A stretch of DNA of 64,000 nt from Tubiluchus corallicola (GCA_030141605.1 JAQGDQ010000483.1:105670-169669), one strand, 5' to 3'. Positions 53,618 to 64,000 are shown, counted from the first letter of the stretch. Notes: generated from the letters alone by a model not told the origin. A program made the numbers and translations.

Positions 53618-54553
53618 ATGGATAAAAAGTTGATCATCATTGACGTCGATACTGGTGTAGACGATGCGCAAGCCATAATGCTGGCGTTGTCGCACCCGTC
53701 TTGCCAACTACTGGCAATTACGTGTACCAGTGGCAACACTACATTGGACAATGTCTGCGTAAACACTCTACGAGTACTAAAAGCTTGCAGCCGACTAGAT
53801 GTGCCTGTTTATAGGGGTAGCGAGTCATCTATTTTAAACATCCCAGTGAAGAGAGCGTCCGCTCATGGCAGTGATGGTTTTGGTGACATGATGAATCCCG
53901 AAGCAGTAGACGTTAGCACAATAAAGAAAGAGCATGCTGTCGATGCACTGATCCGCCTTGTAAATGAGCACGTTGATGAGATCTCGCTTGTTTGTGTCGC
54001 TCCTCTGACCAATATAATGTTGGCACAGCGAAGGGATCCAAAGTTTAGCTCCAAGCTTCGCGAGCTGGTCATCATGGGTGGCAATACGGAGGGAGTCGGA
54101 AATGTCACGTCTGCTGCAGAATTCAACTTCCATTTTGATCCAGAAGCAGCATTTGTTGTCCTTCGTGAGTTTGACTGCCCGATCACTGAGATAGGCTGGG
54201 AAGTGTGTCAGAAAAGTTGGGTACCTTGGGAAGTTTACGATCAATGGGCAACGGGTACTTCCAAGAAGAGGGCATTTTTTAGGTATATGACAGCAAAGCA
54301 TGTCTTCTTTCACAAGTCCATTAATAGACCAGGATATGCTGCCTGTGATGTTTTGGCAATGGCGTGCTGTTTAGATCCGGATGTTGTGCAAATTTCAAGA
54401 CGAGTCTATGGTGATGTGGAGTTGCAGGGAAAACTCACTAGAGGGCAGTTGGTTTGTGATTGGAATAAAAAGTTTGAGAAGGAACCAAATGTTGATGTTG
54501 TTCTGCAGCTTAATGTTGAGAAAATAAAAGAAATGATAGACAAGATGCTGTAG
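53618..54553 (+). CDS. Inosine-uridine preferring nucleoside hydrolase (IUNH family), 311 aa, intronless
   Basis: N-terminal DxDxxxDD motif (IIIDVDTGVDDAQA), GNT, HGSDGFGD, APLTN, MGGN, AEFNFHFDPEAA, CD at the usual HD position. Acceptor ..TTTGAAACAG lies 9 nt before the ATG at 53618. Confidence 0.95.
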   Translation: MDKKLIIIDVDTGVDDAQAIMLALSHPSCQLLAITCTSGNTTLDNVCVNTLRVLKACSRLDVPVYRGSESSILNIPVKRASAHGSDGFGDMMNPEAVDVSTIKKEHAVDALIRLVNEHVDEISLVCVAPLTNIMLAQRRDPKFSSKLRELVIMGGNTEGVGNVTSAAEFNFHFDPEAAFVVLREFDCPITEIGWEVCQKSWVPWEVYDQWATGTSKKRAFFRYMTAKHVFFHKSINRPGYAACDVLAMACCLDPDVVQISRRVYGDVELQGKLTRGQLVCDWNKKFEKEPNVDVVLQLNVEKIKEMIDKML

Positions 54554-55140
54554 TTTTTATTCAGATTAATCTATAGTTTATTTTTGAAGATATTGTTTTA
54601 TTAGAGTTTTTGTTTGTTCTACTGGATTATCTAGTTATTTTTTTTGTCCTTTACAAGATGTTTGTTACCTTGTCATTGCCTTGAAATGAGGTTCATGTCT
54701 GTCCCAATACCTGCTTGGTCTTTTGCAAGCCATTATTTGCAAACACATTTTTAATATAAGTAAACCCTAGTTGCAGTCAAAGTGTGACAAAGGTCATCCA
54801 TTTCTGACTGTCATCCAGCGATCTTTGACTTTTTATGCTATCACAGTTTTATGCAGAGCTGCTGATGTCCAGCCCATCTTTCCATTTACTGGAATATGAC
54901 CTTAGGCAAAGTTTGTATGACTTCATTACGTGTATCGAATGCTTGCAGGTGACTAGATATGTCTATTTTTAGAGGTAACAAGTCGTCTCGGTGATTAATG
55001 GTGATTTTTATTAGCGATGATTATCATAATGATCTTCATCTCTTGCATTAATGTCTCGTGATGAAAGCTCTTAGTGATGAGTGTTCAACATCAACCATCT
55101 TTTTGTAGAAACTGTTTGTGGTGTGTCAGCAACTTATAGA

Positions 55141-56022
55141 TGTGATGTAGCTAGTAATGAGTAGTTCACTGCAGCATCATTCTTCCTGTTTGCTAGGGGT
55201 GAGCATCGAACGTTCGAATCGAATTCGAAAGCTCGAATTCGATTCGAACGAGTTTTTTTAGTTCGAACTCGATTCGAATCCAAAACTATAGATTCGAATA
55301 ATTCAGCACTTCGATCACACATGTTCTTTATCACTAAAACGATTGAAACATTGTGCAATTAGCGTAATTTAGCTGTGATTTCTGCACACAATTTTAAAGA
55401 AATTACTATTCGTTTTATTGCAGAACAAAATCTAGTGATATGCATGAACTTTTGTAAGACTAATTTTTGCTGGTGGTTCGAAAACTTGTTCGAAAATCTT
55501 TCGATCTCAATTCGAATTCGAAACACTGAAATTCGGTTCGATTCGAATTCGAAAGTCACAATTTCGGTTCTATTCGAATTCACTTTCTGGTAGAGAATGC
55601 TCACCCCTACTGTTTGCACTAACATTTTTCTGCTCTTTTGATCTCACAGTGTAACAATACCATAGATATGGTTTGTGTAGATCAAAGATCTTAGCAGTGT
55701 TCTGCATTCTAGACTGTCTTGCTGTCCTGATCTTCTTTGTTTAAGTTCCTAATTAGTTTAATAAATACTACCTATTATGCCTGCATTCGTCTGGTTGCTA
55801 ATATTATTGTAGCATGTAACATGGTGTCAGAAGTGAACTAGTTTGTTTTGAGTATTTATTCGGATGGCAAATTTGTAGAGAACCATGCATCAGCTAAAAC
55901 CACCTAACGCACTAAACTTCGAATGACACAATGTGTCACAAGCATGGAAAAAATGGCGTGAAGAATTTAGCTTGTATATGGAACTTGCACTTAGTGACAA
56001 AACTGAAGAAGTGAAAAAGAAG
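55141..56022 (+). mobile_element. Decayed Ty3/Gypsy remnant: putative LTR (~55141-55821, interrupted by a MITE), PBS and truncated gag
   Basis: ...TGTAACA|TGGTGTCAGAAGTG; PBS 55822-55835 is complementary to the 3' end of tRNA-Leu. AATAAA at ~55760. The gag-like MHQLKPPNALNFE*HNVSQAWKKWREEFSLYMELA starts at 55885 with an in-frame stop. The LTR left boundary is uncertain. Confidence 0.65.
55194..55609. mobile_element. hAT-type MITE (416 bp) with TTCGAA-rich subterminal repeats
   Basis: 13-bp TIR TAGGGGTGAGCAT / ATGCTCACCCCTA; perfect 8-bp TSD CTGTTTGC (55186-55193, 55610-55617). Confidence 0.92.
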
Positions 56023-56210
56023 ATGAGGACAGCAAGACAGTCTAGAATGCAGAACACTGCTAAGCAATCACCAAGATCTTTGATCTACACGAACCATATC
56101 TATTGTATTGTCACTCACAGTGTATTTTTAGATCAAAAGATTTACTATTTAGTATCCAGTTACATAACTTTTGCTACATATAACTAAATGCAGATTTTTG
56201 GCACACTAAA

Positions 56211-56704
56211 TAGTGTTGCTCCAGATATCCGATTCGTATACGAAAATGGCGACATTTGCAAGATTTTGCAGCTATTCGTATCCGATATTATCCCGTAGTT
56301 ATAAAAATTTGATATTCGCAAATATTCGTTATCTGGTTTTTGTAATATGCAATTGAAAACGGTTTTCGAATAATATAACAGCGAAAATAAATAAATAAAA
56401 TAGTACCAAAATAACTTAGAGATCACTATGTTTGTGTTTTCAAGGCGAAAATTTTATTCACATCTTTTTTCGTTTGTATGTGGTAATACGGTGCATCTTT
56501 GGGGTGGGTCCTTTAAGATGATAGACTAAATGAAAACGCTAAAGTTTGCAAACATTTACTAATTATCTGAACTGATCCGCATATTTGATCCGAATTTAGC
56601 TAACCTATCTGATTATAATCTGAATCCGGAAGTCAACTGGAGGAAATATTCAATGATATCCGGTATTCGCTATCCGGCAAAAAAGTGTATCCGGAACAAC
56701 ACTA
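56211..56704. mobile_element. hAT-type MITE (494 bp) with ATCCG subterminal repeats
   Basis: TIR TAGTGTTGCTCCAGATA / TATCCGGAACAACACTA; degenerate 8-bp TSD ACACTAAA / ATACCAAA (6/8). Confidence 0.75.
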
Positions 56705-57307
56705 ATACCAAATTTTTAAGTCTCCTGAGGAACAAATTACAGTATTAACTTGTGGTTGGAACACTGTATGATTTTTTTTAAAGAGATCATCATAGAAACT
56801 GTTTGTTAATGCTATTTTACATACTTTTTTAAGATATTTTTAACTAGTCTAAATATTATTCGAGTGGAGCGTTTTGTAAATTAGTTAGAAAAATCAAAAC
56901 TTTTCTTGTATTTTTTGAAGTTTAGTTCTCAGCATAATATTTTGGCTTTGTGTGAAAGTACCACTATTTTGAAGCAGCTGTTTGGTCTTTTCAGCATGAT
57001 TTTCTTTTAACTAGTCATAGTCCAAGTCGTATGTTTATTGTCAAAACATTTGTTTTGTTTTGTAACTTCCTGTTGTTATTTTGTGAAAAGTGGTGCTTGT
57101 TTGAAAATTCTGATTGCATAAATAAATTTATGTTCTGAGATTTTGTGCTTTCTGTGCAGTCATTGCTCAATGTAACATTTGAACATAATGTGCCCATATT
57201 AGGCATTAAGTAATTATCGTTACCTGAGTAAAACAATTAAATCCACATCGTTACTGCAATGAATCAGTCTAATTTAGCTGACAAATAACATAGTAACATA
57301 TGAATAT

Positions 57308-58241
57308 TGTAATACTTCTTGCGCTCACGTGACGTCCTGCATACAAGGCGAGGTCTCCTCCAGTACTTGGGTAGGACCGGTCCTTCCTCACGCACGTTGT
57401 GGTAATGCAGCAGAATTCGGTTTACACAGCTTTCCCTCCAACAGGCCGGACACGTAGTAGAGTCTCTGGAGATCGGATAATGAGAAGATCATCTCCTCCG
57501 AGTTCCCACACAGAACGGAAGCGATTTAGATCATTGAACGTGAAGTCAAAGGTGACAATATCTTTATCCAACGAGGAGGTGATTAGGCTATGTAACGAAT
57601 GCCTAATTTAACAAATGTCTCTCAGCAGTTGCGTAACTGACGAGGTTTCACCAACAAAAGAGGAACAGCGTTCACCAATGAATAAAAAGAACATAGTAAT
57701 GAACAAACCATCCATTTTCTTGTTCAATCATCGTAAAAGAAACCATGATATAGTTATATCAGACCATTTTTCAACACGGCCATTCTACTCTCCCCGCCAC
57801 GTAGGCCAATATGTCTAATATCCAGCCCTCGAAAGCTAGCCGACCAATCAGAAACGAGTTCTGGGTGAAGTGACCTCAGTAGTACAGCGACGAAGCTTTC
57901 ACATTTGTTCAAACACGGGCATAATATTATCATGGAAAAAATTGTTGCTAAACGTATTTTCGCTTGAAAAATACAAGTCATGTTGAAACGAAACGAATTT
58001 CATCTTCTTCTGCCTAATTACATATTTAAGGTAGCTTAACAGAAAAATGGCTTCATTTAATGGTAACTTCATCGAAAATAATGCTACTCTTGACTAAAGA
58101 TGGCAGCACAAGATTGGAACATAAAAATCAATACATCAATATTATCAATCATTAGGTAAACAATTCGTGATACCGTTAAGAGTAATACTTAAAGTGAAAA
58201 ATAATTAGTTGCAGTAATCTGCTGGATGGGGGACCATCACA
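57308..58241 (-). repeat. Putative 3' LTR (934 bp) of the Gmr1-type element
   Basis: On the - strand it begins TGTGAT a few nt after the purine tract AGGGGAAGG (PPT, ~58245-58253) and ends ATTACA (TGT...ACA, imperfect terminal IR). Composition shifts at 57308. The partner 5' LTR is not in the window, so the boundaries are unverified. Confidence 0.6.
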
Positions 58242-58548
58242 GAGCCTTCCCCTAAAGAATATTAAATATTTCAAGATCATGATTACGAAACTTAACATTT
58301 TTCACTGCCAAGATAAGATAACGTCATACATATACAATGACAAACATGAATAGAAGTGATGACTTTGTAGCTAACTAAGCTATTACATATTTGATCATTT
58401 GCTAACTAAGCAAATTGATCATTACATCATACACCACAAATACATCATCAAACAAATATATGATATATAACACCAAAAAAACAAACTTGTTTAAGCATTG
58501 AAAAAGTACTACAACTTGTTGGGCATTTCATACTCTGATGCTTTATAT

Positions 58549-61500
58549 TTATTTCCGGCTTAAAGCATCAGCAACAAGGTTTTGAGCGCCAGCAATATGC
58601 TCAATTGTAAAGCAATATTCTGAAAGAATGAGTGCCCAGTGACACAAACGTCTGTTATTCTTACGCATTTTTCTGAGCGCAAGCAAACTTCTTTGATCAG
58701 TGCGCAATGTAAACTGGCGGCCTTCTAAATAGTAATTTAACTTCTGCACGCAAAATACAACACTCAGAAGTTCACATTCAACTACAGAATATCTGACTTC
58801 GGTGGGTGTAAGCCTACGACTGACATATGTGATAGGCACCTCTCCTAAGCCATCCATACGATCTTGGGTGAGTACACCACCAATGCCCACAAAGCTGGCA
58901 TCTGTAGTTAGGATAAATGGTTTGGAATAATCAGGGGAATGTAGAACACTGTCAGAAGTCAAAGCATTCTGAAGGGTGAGAAAGCTCTTCTCACAGGCTT
59001 CTGACCAAGGTACTTGGGTGGGTGCGTATTTTTCTGTTAAAGAATACAGAGGTGCAGCGATAGTGCTGAAGTTCTCAATAAAACGTCTGTAGAAGCCCAC
59101 CATTCCTAGGAATCTACGTACTTGAGTTTTTGTTTGTGGCCGTGGAAAATCACATATTTGTTGTAGCTTCTTCTGTTGAGGACGTAGGCGGTTCTTGCCT
59201 ATAACGTATCCAAGAAAATTTGCCTCACGTAGAGCAAAATGGCACTTAAGTGGCTTAACAGTCAGACCTGCTTTACGAATGCAAGTAAGCGTGCCATCTA
59301 CATGTTCCAAGTGATGTGACCAATCTCGCGACTTGATTAACACATCATCGATGTAACCTCGTGAAGAATCTCTTACGTTTTCTAAAACGCGGTCCATAAG
59401 TGACTGTGCAGTACTGGCAGCATTCTGTAAGCCGAAAGGCATGACGATGAACTCGAACTTACCAAAATCAGTTACAAAAGCTGATATGGGTTGTGATTCA
59501 GGGGCCAGTTCGATTTGCCAGTATGCCTTGGACAAATCAAGGGTCGATATCCAAGCGATGTTGTGAAGGTCATCGATTATATCGTCCGGGCGAGGCATTG
59601 GATATGGGTTGAAAATTGTACGAGCATTTAACTGTCGGTAGTCAATCGTTGGTCGCCATTCACCATGCGGTTTTGGCACGAGGTGTAGAGGCGAGGCATA
59701 CTCGGACTCTGATCGTCGTATTACCCCTAAATTTAGCATCTCTTGAAGTTCGCGCCAAACTATCTCTTTGCGGGATTGCGGCAGTCGATAGGGATGTAGC
59801 TTGACTGGTGTGGCATCCTTTAGGTGAATGTGGTGGCGAACTACAGTAGTGCGACCTGGTAAATCCGTAAACATTTCCGGATACTTGTTAAAAATAGCAC
59901 GAAGTTCTGTGCATTGTTGCTCTGATAGATCGTCTGGTAAAGTGACATCATTTACTGACTGTGTGGTAATGGCAGTTGGCAAAAAAGCATAATCTGGGAG
60001 ACCTCCAGGTTCTACTATTCCTTTGCCGAGGTTTATTATTGCCAAATCATACATGTCATCTTCCTCAACATCTTCATCAACGCCATATGCTAGAGCTTCA
60101 CTCAAGTTTGTTCCATCATCGTCCAAGCTCATTGCTAGAAGGATCAGGGATTCCTTTCTGTCCACATATTGCTTAAGCTTATTGATATGAACAATTCTAG
60201 TGTCCTTCCGTCTACCCTTCTTGCCAAAACAAACTTTATAAGTCCAATCGGATACTTTGTCTGTTATTTGATATGGGCCTCTCCAACCTGGTTGCATCTT
60301 TTTGCCTTTCCTCATCCTCTGAACCATCACTTTATCGCCAACCTCGAAACTTCTTTCTTTTGACACCCGGTCGTACCAGCGTTTCTGGGATAATTTGGCT
60401 TCCAGAAGCGATTTATGAGCGTCTTCTGTCGATGTCTCTAAAGCATTAATAACTCGTGCAACATACTCATCGACATCTTCAAGACTTGGCGGTTTGGAAC
60501 AACCCCATCGCTCTTTAAGCATGGTCAGCGGACCACGTACTGGGTAGCCAAAGACAAGTTCATTTGGGCTGTACCCTGTGGAATCCTGTGGAACTTCACG
60601 GTATGAGAAAAGCACATAATCAATTGCGAGATCCCAGGGAAGAGACGAGAAATCTTGTGTTAGGCGTAAAATAGACTTCTTTAGCGTGTCATTATATTTC
60701 TCGACGAGTCCATTCGTTGAAGGTGAGTATGGACTAGTGAAAATACCTTTGACACCGAGCTGATCCTCCAGCTCTTTGGTCAAGTTTGAAGTGAACTGGG
60801 TGCCACAGTCCGTTAATATTTGGCGAGGGATGCCGTATCTACAACAGAATTTCAGCAGTGCATTTAACACGGTGACAGTCTGTATATCTACTAGCGGATA
60901 TGCGTCCGGATAACGTGTTGCATGGTCCACTATTACTAAAGCCCAACGATTACCAGAAGGTGTACGATCAAGCGGCCCAATTAAGTCCATCCCTATGGTA
61001 CGGAATGCCGTGTCTACAATAGGTAACGGTTTCAAAGGGGCTCTGTCTGCTCGGCGTGAACGCGCTGTTTTCTGGCACGTCAGACAGGAACGGCAATATT
61101 CCCTTACGGAACGTTTTAGACGAGGCCATATATATTCTTGAAGAATTCTCTGAGTTGTCTTGTTTATGCCCAAGTGTCCGGCTAATTTACTTCCGTGCAC
61201 AAGTTGTAAAACTGCCTTGCGGCGAAATTTGGGTAGTACAAGCAGCTCCCTGGGTGCTTGGTGCTGTTTTCCTTTAGATAAATAGAATAACGCACCTCCG
61301 CGCAAAAGGTACCCTTTGCCTAATTTATATGCCTCTTCTTCTGTGCACGCGTTATCAATAATATTACGTATAGTGACATCCTCTTTTAGCTCTTCGCTGA
61401 TCTGTTCAATTGTGACGTCAAGAAGCTGTTTCTGATCTTCAGCAGGCGAGTCCTTAACCGCTAGGCCATTGTTTGATGCTGACGAATCAAATACTTGCTG

Positions 61501-63387
61501 TTGTAACCGCGTGTCCTGCTTGACTTGAGCTTCTAGCTTGTCAGCCTGTGAGCGAGTTATTGTATAAATTGACTCCACATCTGTCGCTGATTGAGGCTTT
61601 TGTTTCGGTTGTGATTTACTTGCAGCATTCTTCTTTGGTTTAACGCTGTATTTACCCACTTCTTTATTAAATTTTGAAGCTTTTTCAGCATTCTCCGGGA
61701 ATGGCTTTAACGCTGACTCGTAATTATTTCCAAGTAAAAAGTCAACAGGTAAATTATCGCTTACGCTTACAGTCAGAATACCAGAAAAGCCAGGCCCAAT
61801 AATTTCAACCTCCGCTAATTTACTTTGCCTCATATCACCGCACGCGCATACGAACTTGTGTCGGAGTTCATTTAAATACTGATTAGCGCGAACGAATTTA
61901 GCATGTAACATGCTTACACCAGCTCCAGTGTCTCTTTGACCTTTTACCACGTAACCGTTAATTTTTGCTGTAAAACCAACGGGTTGTTTTCGGCCAGGTA
62001 CGTGATGCCAATCATCATCATTATTTGGCATCTTTATTTCCGGTGTGCTAAACAATTGTTTGCCAGGTCTACCAAATACAGCAGCATTAGCAGGTCGCAT
62101 GACGTGTTCAGTTCCCAAACGCGATCGACATTCGCTGCGCCTATGACCAGGCTTTCCACATGCGTAACAATTCATTTTGGTTACAAGATTCTGGCTCATA
62201 TTTGTAATGCTCGCGCCTCCACCTTGCGACGTGGCAACATTGGGTTTACCAGTCTTTTTAAATGAATACACATTTTTCCCAGGAAGGGAAGTGATTTGTC
62301 TCGCTGCGACAAATTGATCTGCCCGTTGGGCCATCTTCTCAATTGTCCTGATGCTATCCGTCTTTAACCAAGTGGCCAAATCGTGTGGCATCAAACTAAG
62401 CGCTTGTTCAATTACTACTGCTTCATTAACAGCCTCAAAAGTCTCAGCTTGTATGGCTTCAAGATAGTCGCGCCAACTATTATCCAAGCGTCTGAAAAGC
62501 TGGCGATAACTTTCATTCTTAAGCTTTATTGTACCGCGGAATCTCTCCAGGTAAACGTCATTGCTTAGAATATACGCGCCAAGCAAAGCTTTGCGAACGT
62601 ACGTGTAGTTCCGCATCTCAGACTCGGGAATCTGCTGAAAAGCGTCTGCTGCTCGGCCAGACAAAGATGGGCCAATACACGCCGCGAAGTCTGCTCTATC
62701 AATATTGTTTGCAGCAGCACAAGCTTGAAACCAATCAAGAAACTTTTGTATATCGTCCTTGGTTTCATCAAAGGGACGTATTTTCATGAGCTTTAATTTG
62801 TCAACGGTAGAGTCCGCTTGACGACTATAGAAAGGACTGGCCTGTGACATCATTGGCGACCGACTGACCGGACTGGCAGCGGTCAATTCAAGTTTACGTA
62901 ACTCCATCTCGGCCATAATGCGCTCATGCTCTAATTGTAACTTTTTTGCTTCAGTTTCTGCTTCTAACCGTCGAATTTGCAGAAATGTTTGAGCAGCAGC
63001 TTCGTTAACTGTAGAAAGAGACTCTAAGGTGACGTCTGTCATTCTCTCTGTAGTTCTTCTACGACGAGGAGTCGGCGTTGGCGACTGCTCTGTAACTATC
63101 ACATGTTTTGGTTTCACACTGACATCAGGGGTTTTTGCTGCTTCTGTCGGGTCAGAGGCTTCCGCGCATAGTAAAGGCTGATTCATACCCGCGTCGAAAG
63201 TGTCAAGTTCTGCACCCTCATCACATTTTCCATCTTCAGGGCAACCCGCGGCCTTGAGAATTGCAGTAATTAAAACAGCCCGTCTCGAAGTAGGGTCGAC
63301 TAAGAGATGTAGTTCTGCTACAATATTCTGCAACTGCTCTTTATTAAGAGTCATTAACTCTGAAAGTTTGTATCTAACATCAGACAT
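58549..63387 (-). CDS. Gag-Pol polyprotein (1612 aa from the first ATG): capsid/SCAN-like Gag, CCHC knuckle, aspartic protease, integrase, RT, RNase H
   Basis: CYACGKPGHRRSEC; RDTGAGVS; integrase H-x5-GH..C..C, DLIGP..TDCGTQF..NGLVEKYN, WRGPY; RT LDLSKAYWQ, MPFGLQNA, YIDD; RNase H TDAS..ECE..TDQ..NLVADALSR; no stops or frameshifts. Confidence 0.96.
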   Translation of the reverse strand: MSDVRYKLSELMTLNKEQLQNIVAELHLLVDPTSRRAVLITAILKAAGCPEDGKCDEGAELDTFDAGMNQPLLCAEASDPTEAAKTPDVSVKPKHVIVTEQSPTPTPRRRRTTERMTDVTLESLSTVNEAAAQTFLQIRRLEAETEAKKLQLEHERIMAEMELRKLELTAASPVSRSPMMSQASPFYSRQADSTVDKLKLMKIRPFDETKDDIQKFLDWFQACAAANNIDRADFAACIGPSLSGRAADAFQQIPESEMRNYTYVRKALLGAYILSNDVYLERFRGTIKLKNESYRQLFRRLDNSWRDYLEAIQAETFEAVNEAVVIEQALSLMPHDLATWLKTDSIRTIEKMAQRADQFVAARQITSLPGKNVYSFKKTGKPNVATSQGGGASITNMSQNLVTKMNCYACGKPGHRRSECRSRLGTEHVMRPANAAVFGRPGKQLFSTPEIKMPNNDDDWHHVPGRKQPVGFTAKINGYVVKGQRDTGAGVSMLHAKFVRANQYLNELRHKFVCACGDMRQSKLAEVEIIGPGFSGILTVSVSDNLPVDFLLGNNYESALKPFPENAEKASKFNKEVGKYSVKPKKNAASKSQPKQKPQSATDVESIYTITRSQADKLEAQVKQDTRLQQQVFDSSASNNGLAVKDSPAEDQKQLLDVTIEQISEELKEDVTIRNIIDNACTEEEAYKLGKGYLLRGGALFYLSKGKQHQAPRELLVLPKFRRKAVLQLVHGSKLAGHLGINKTTQRILQEYIWPRLKRSVREYCRSCLTCQKTARSRRADRAPLKPLPIVDTAFRTIGMDLIGPLDRTPSGNRWALVIVDHATRYPDAYPLVDIQTVTVLNALLKFCCRYGIPRQILTDCGTQFTSNLTKELEDQLGVKGIFTSPYSPSTNGLVEKYNDTLKKSILRLTQDFSSLPWDLAIDYVLFSYREVPQDSTGYSPNELVFGYPVRGPLTMLKERWGCSKPPSLEDVDEYVARVINALETSTEDAHKSLLEAKLSQKRWYDRVSKERSFEVGDKVMVQRMRKGKKMQPGWRGPYQITDKVSDWTYKVCFGKKGRRKDTRIVHINKLKQYVDRKESLILLAMSLDDDGTNLSEALAYGVDEDVEEDDMYDLAIINLGKGIVEPGGLPDYAFLPTAITTQSVNDVTLPDDLSEQQCTELRAIFNKYPEMFTDLPGRTTVVRHHIHLKDATPVKLHPYRLPQSRKEIVWRELQEMLNLGVIRRSESEYASPLHLVPKPHGEWRPTIDYRQLNARTIFNPYPMPRPDDIIDDLHNIAWISTLDLSKAYWQIELAPESQPISAFVTDFGKFEFIVMPFGLQNAASTAQSLMDRVLENVRDSSRGYIDDVLIKSRDWSHHLEHVDGTLTCIRKAGLTVKPLKCHFALREANFLGYVIGKNRLRPQQKKLQQICDFPRPQTKTQVRRFLGMVGFYRRFIENFSTIAAPLYSLTEKYAPTQVPWSEACEKSFLTLQNALTSDSVLHSPDYSKPFILTTDASFVGIGGVLTQDRMDGLGEVPITYVSRRLTPTEVRYSVVECELLSVVFCVQKLNYYLEGRQFTLRTDQRSLLALRKMRKNNRRLCHWALILSEYCFTIEHIAGAQNLVADALSRK

Positions 63388-64000
63388 TTTTATACTTTGC
63401 AAGATGACTACAGACTGCCAAGTAGGTACACAAAGTAAGGAGTAAATCTATGTTTAACCACTCTCACTCACTCTCACTTTACGCATCAGCGTTAGCTACT
63501 ATCAACCGACTTTTTGGCAGGGCAAAAATAATTTATGCGAAATGTTAAAAGCAAGTTTGGAAAAATAATCTTATTAAACCGTTTTCGCTGCTGTTATAAC
63601 TGCTGCGAAACCACGTTCAAGTTTTGGCGACCTTGAACCAGCTATCTGCCCGCCGCGGACAAAATATTTTTCTCACAACTTGATTTTATAAACAAGCAGC
63701 AAAGCTAACGTATGAGCAAAGTAAAATTTGAACTAGAAATGGCTATATCTAGTTTAGAGAAACGGATTAGATTATACAGCCTGTACTGAATAAATTCTTG
63801 GGAAAATTCCAGTGAATTAACGTGATATCCTTCACAGTTACCAAAAGCTTACTAGTCGCTTAATCAGTTTAAGCAAATTACTAATATTTATGCAACAGGT
63901 TGAAAATTATGACATTTTCACAACCAACGTAGCAGTTCCACTGCATTTAAGTGCTAATAGGAAGGCAATATCAATTATATACTATTAATATTAAACTCGG

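Larger units (their letters stand above)
57308..64000 (-). mobile_element. Ty3/Gypsy LTR retrotransposon, Gmr1-like clade; extends beyond the window end
   Basis: Intact gag-pol ORF, PPT and putative 3' LTR; no PBS or 5' LTR is seen within 63388-64000. Confidence 0.9.

Noticed and set aside
53560-54313. Minus-strand ORFs (68, 107, 159 aa) overlapping the hydrolase
   Set aside because: Antisense shadows of a clear + strand gene, with no recognisable motifs
58549-63402. Ty1/Copia classification based on the INT-before-RT order
   Set aside because: RT motifs (LDLSKAYWQ, MPFGL.NA, YIDD), the RNase H end (ADALSR) and the GPY module of integrase are Gypsy-type

Overview
AT-rich, intron-rich animal (invertebrate-like) genomic DNA, not prokaryotic. 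The + strand carries a large SynGAP/DAB2IP/RASAL2-family RasGAP gene: 17 phase-consistent exons from 15948 to 33174, plus candidate alternative first exons at 81, 8590 and 20772. Converging on it from the - strand are RBM18 (start exon not found; an apparent mutually exclusive exon pair) and an intronless TMEM60 ORF just upstream of RBM18's first recognisable exon. The + strand then has MUL1 (3 coding exons) and an intronless inosine-uridine nucleoside hydrolase. The window ends with an intact single-ORF Ty3/Gypsy LTR retrotransposon in the rare Gmr1-type order (Gag-PR-INT-RT-RH) with a putative 3' LTR. Other mobile DNA: a 545-bp 5S-rRNA-headed SINE with TSD, three hAT-type MITEs with 8-bp TSDs, a decayed Gypsy LTR/PBS/gag remnant and several LINE 3' remnants. 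There is also a 27-bp palindromic CRE-rich minisatellite. All calls come from manual reading and motif recognition; no database searches were run.
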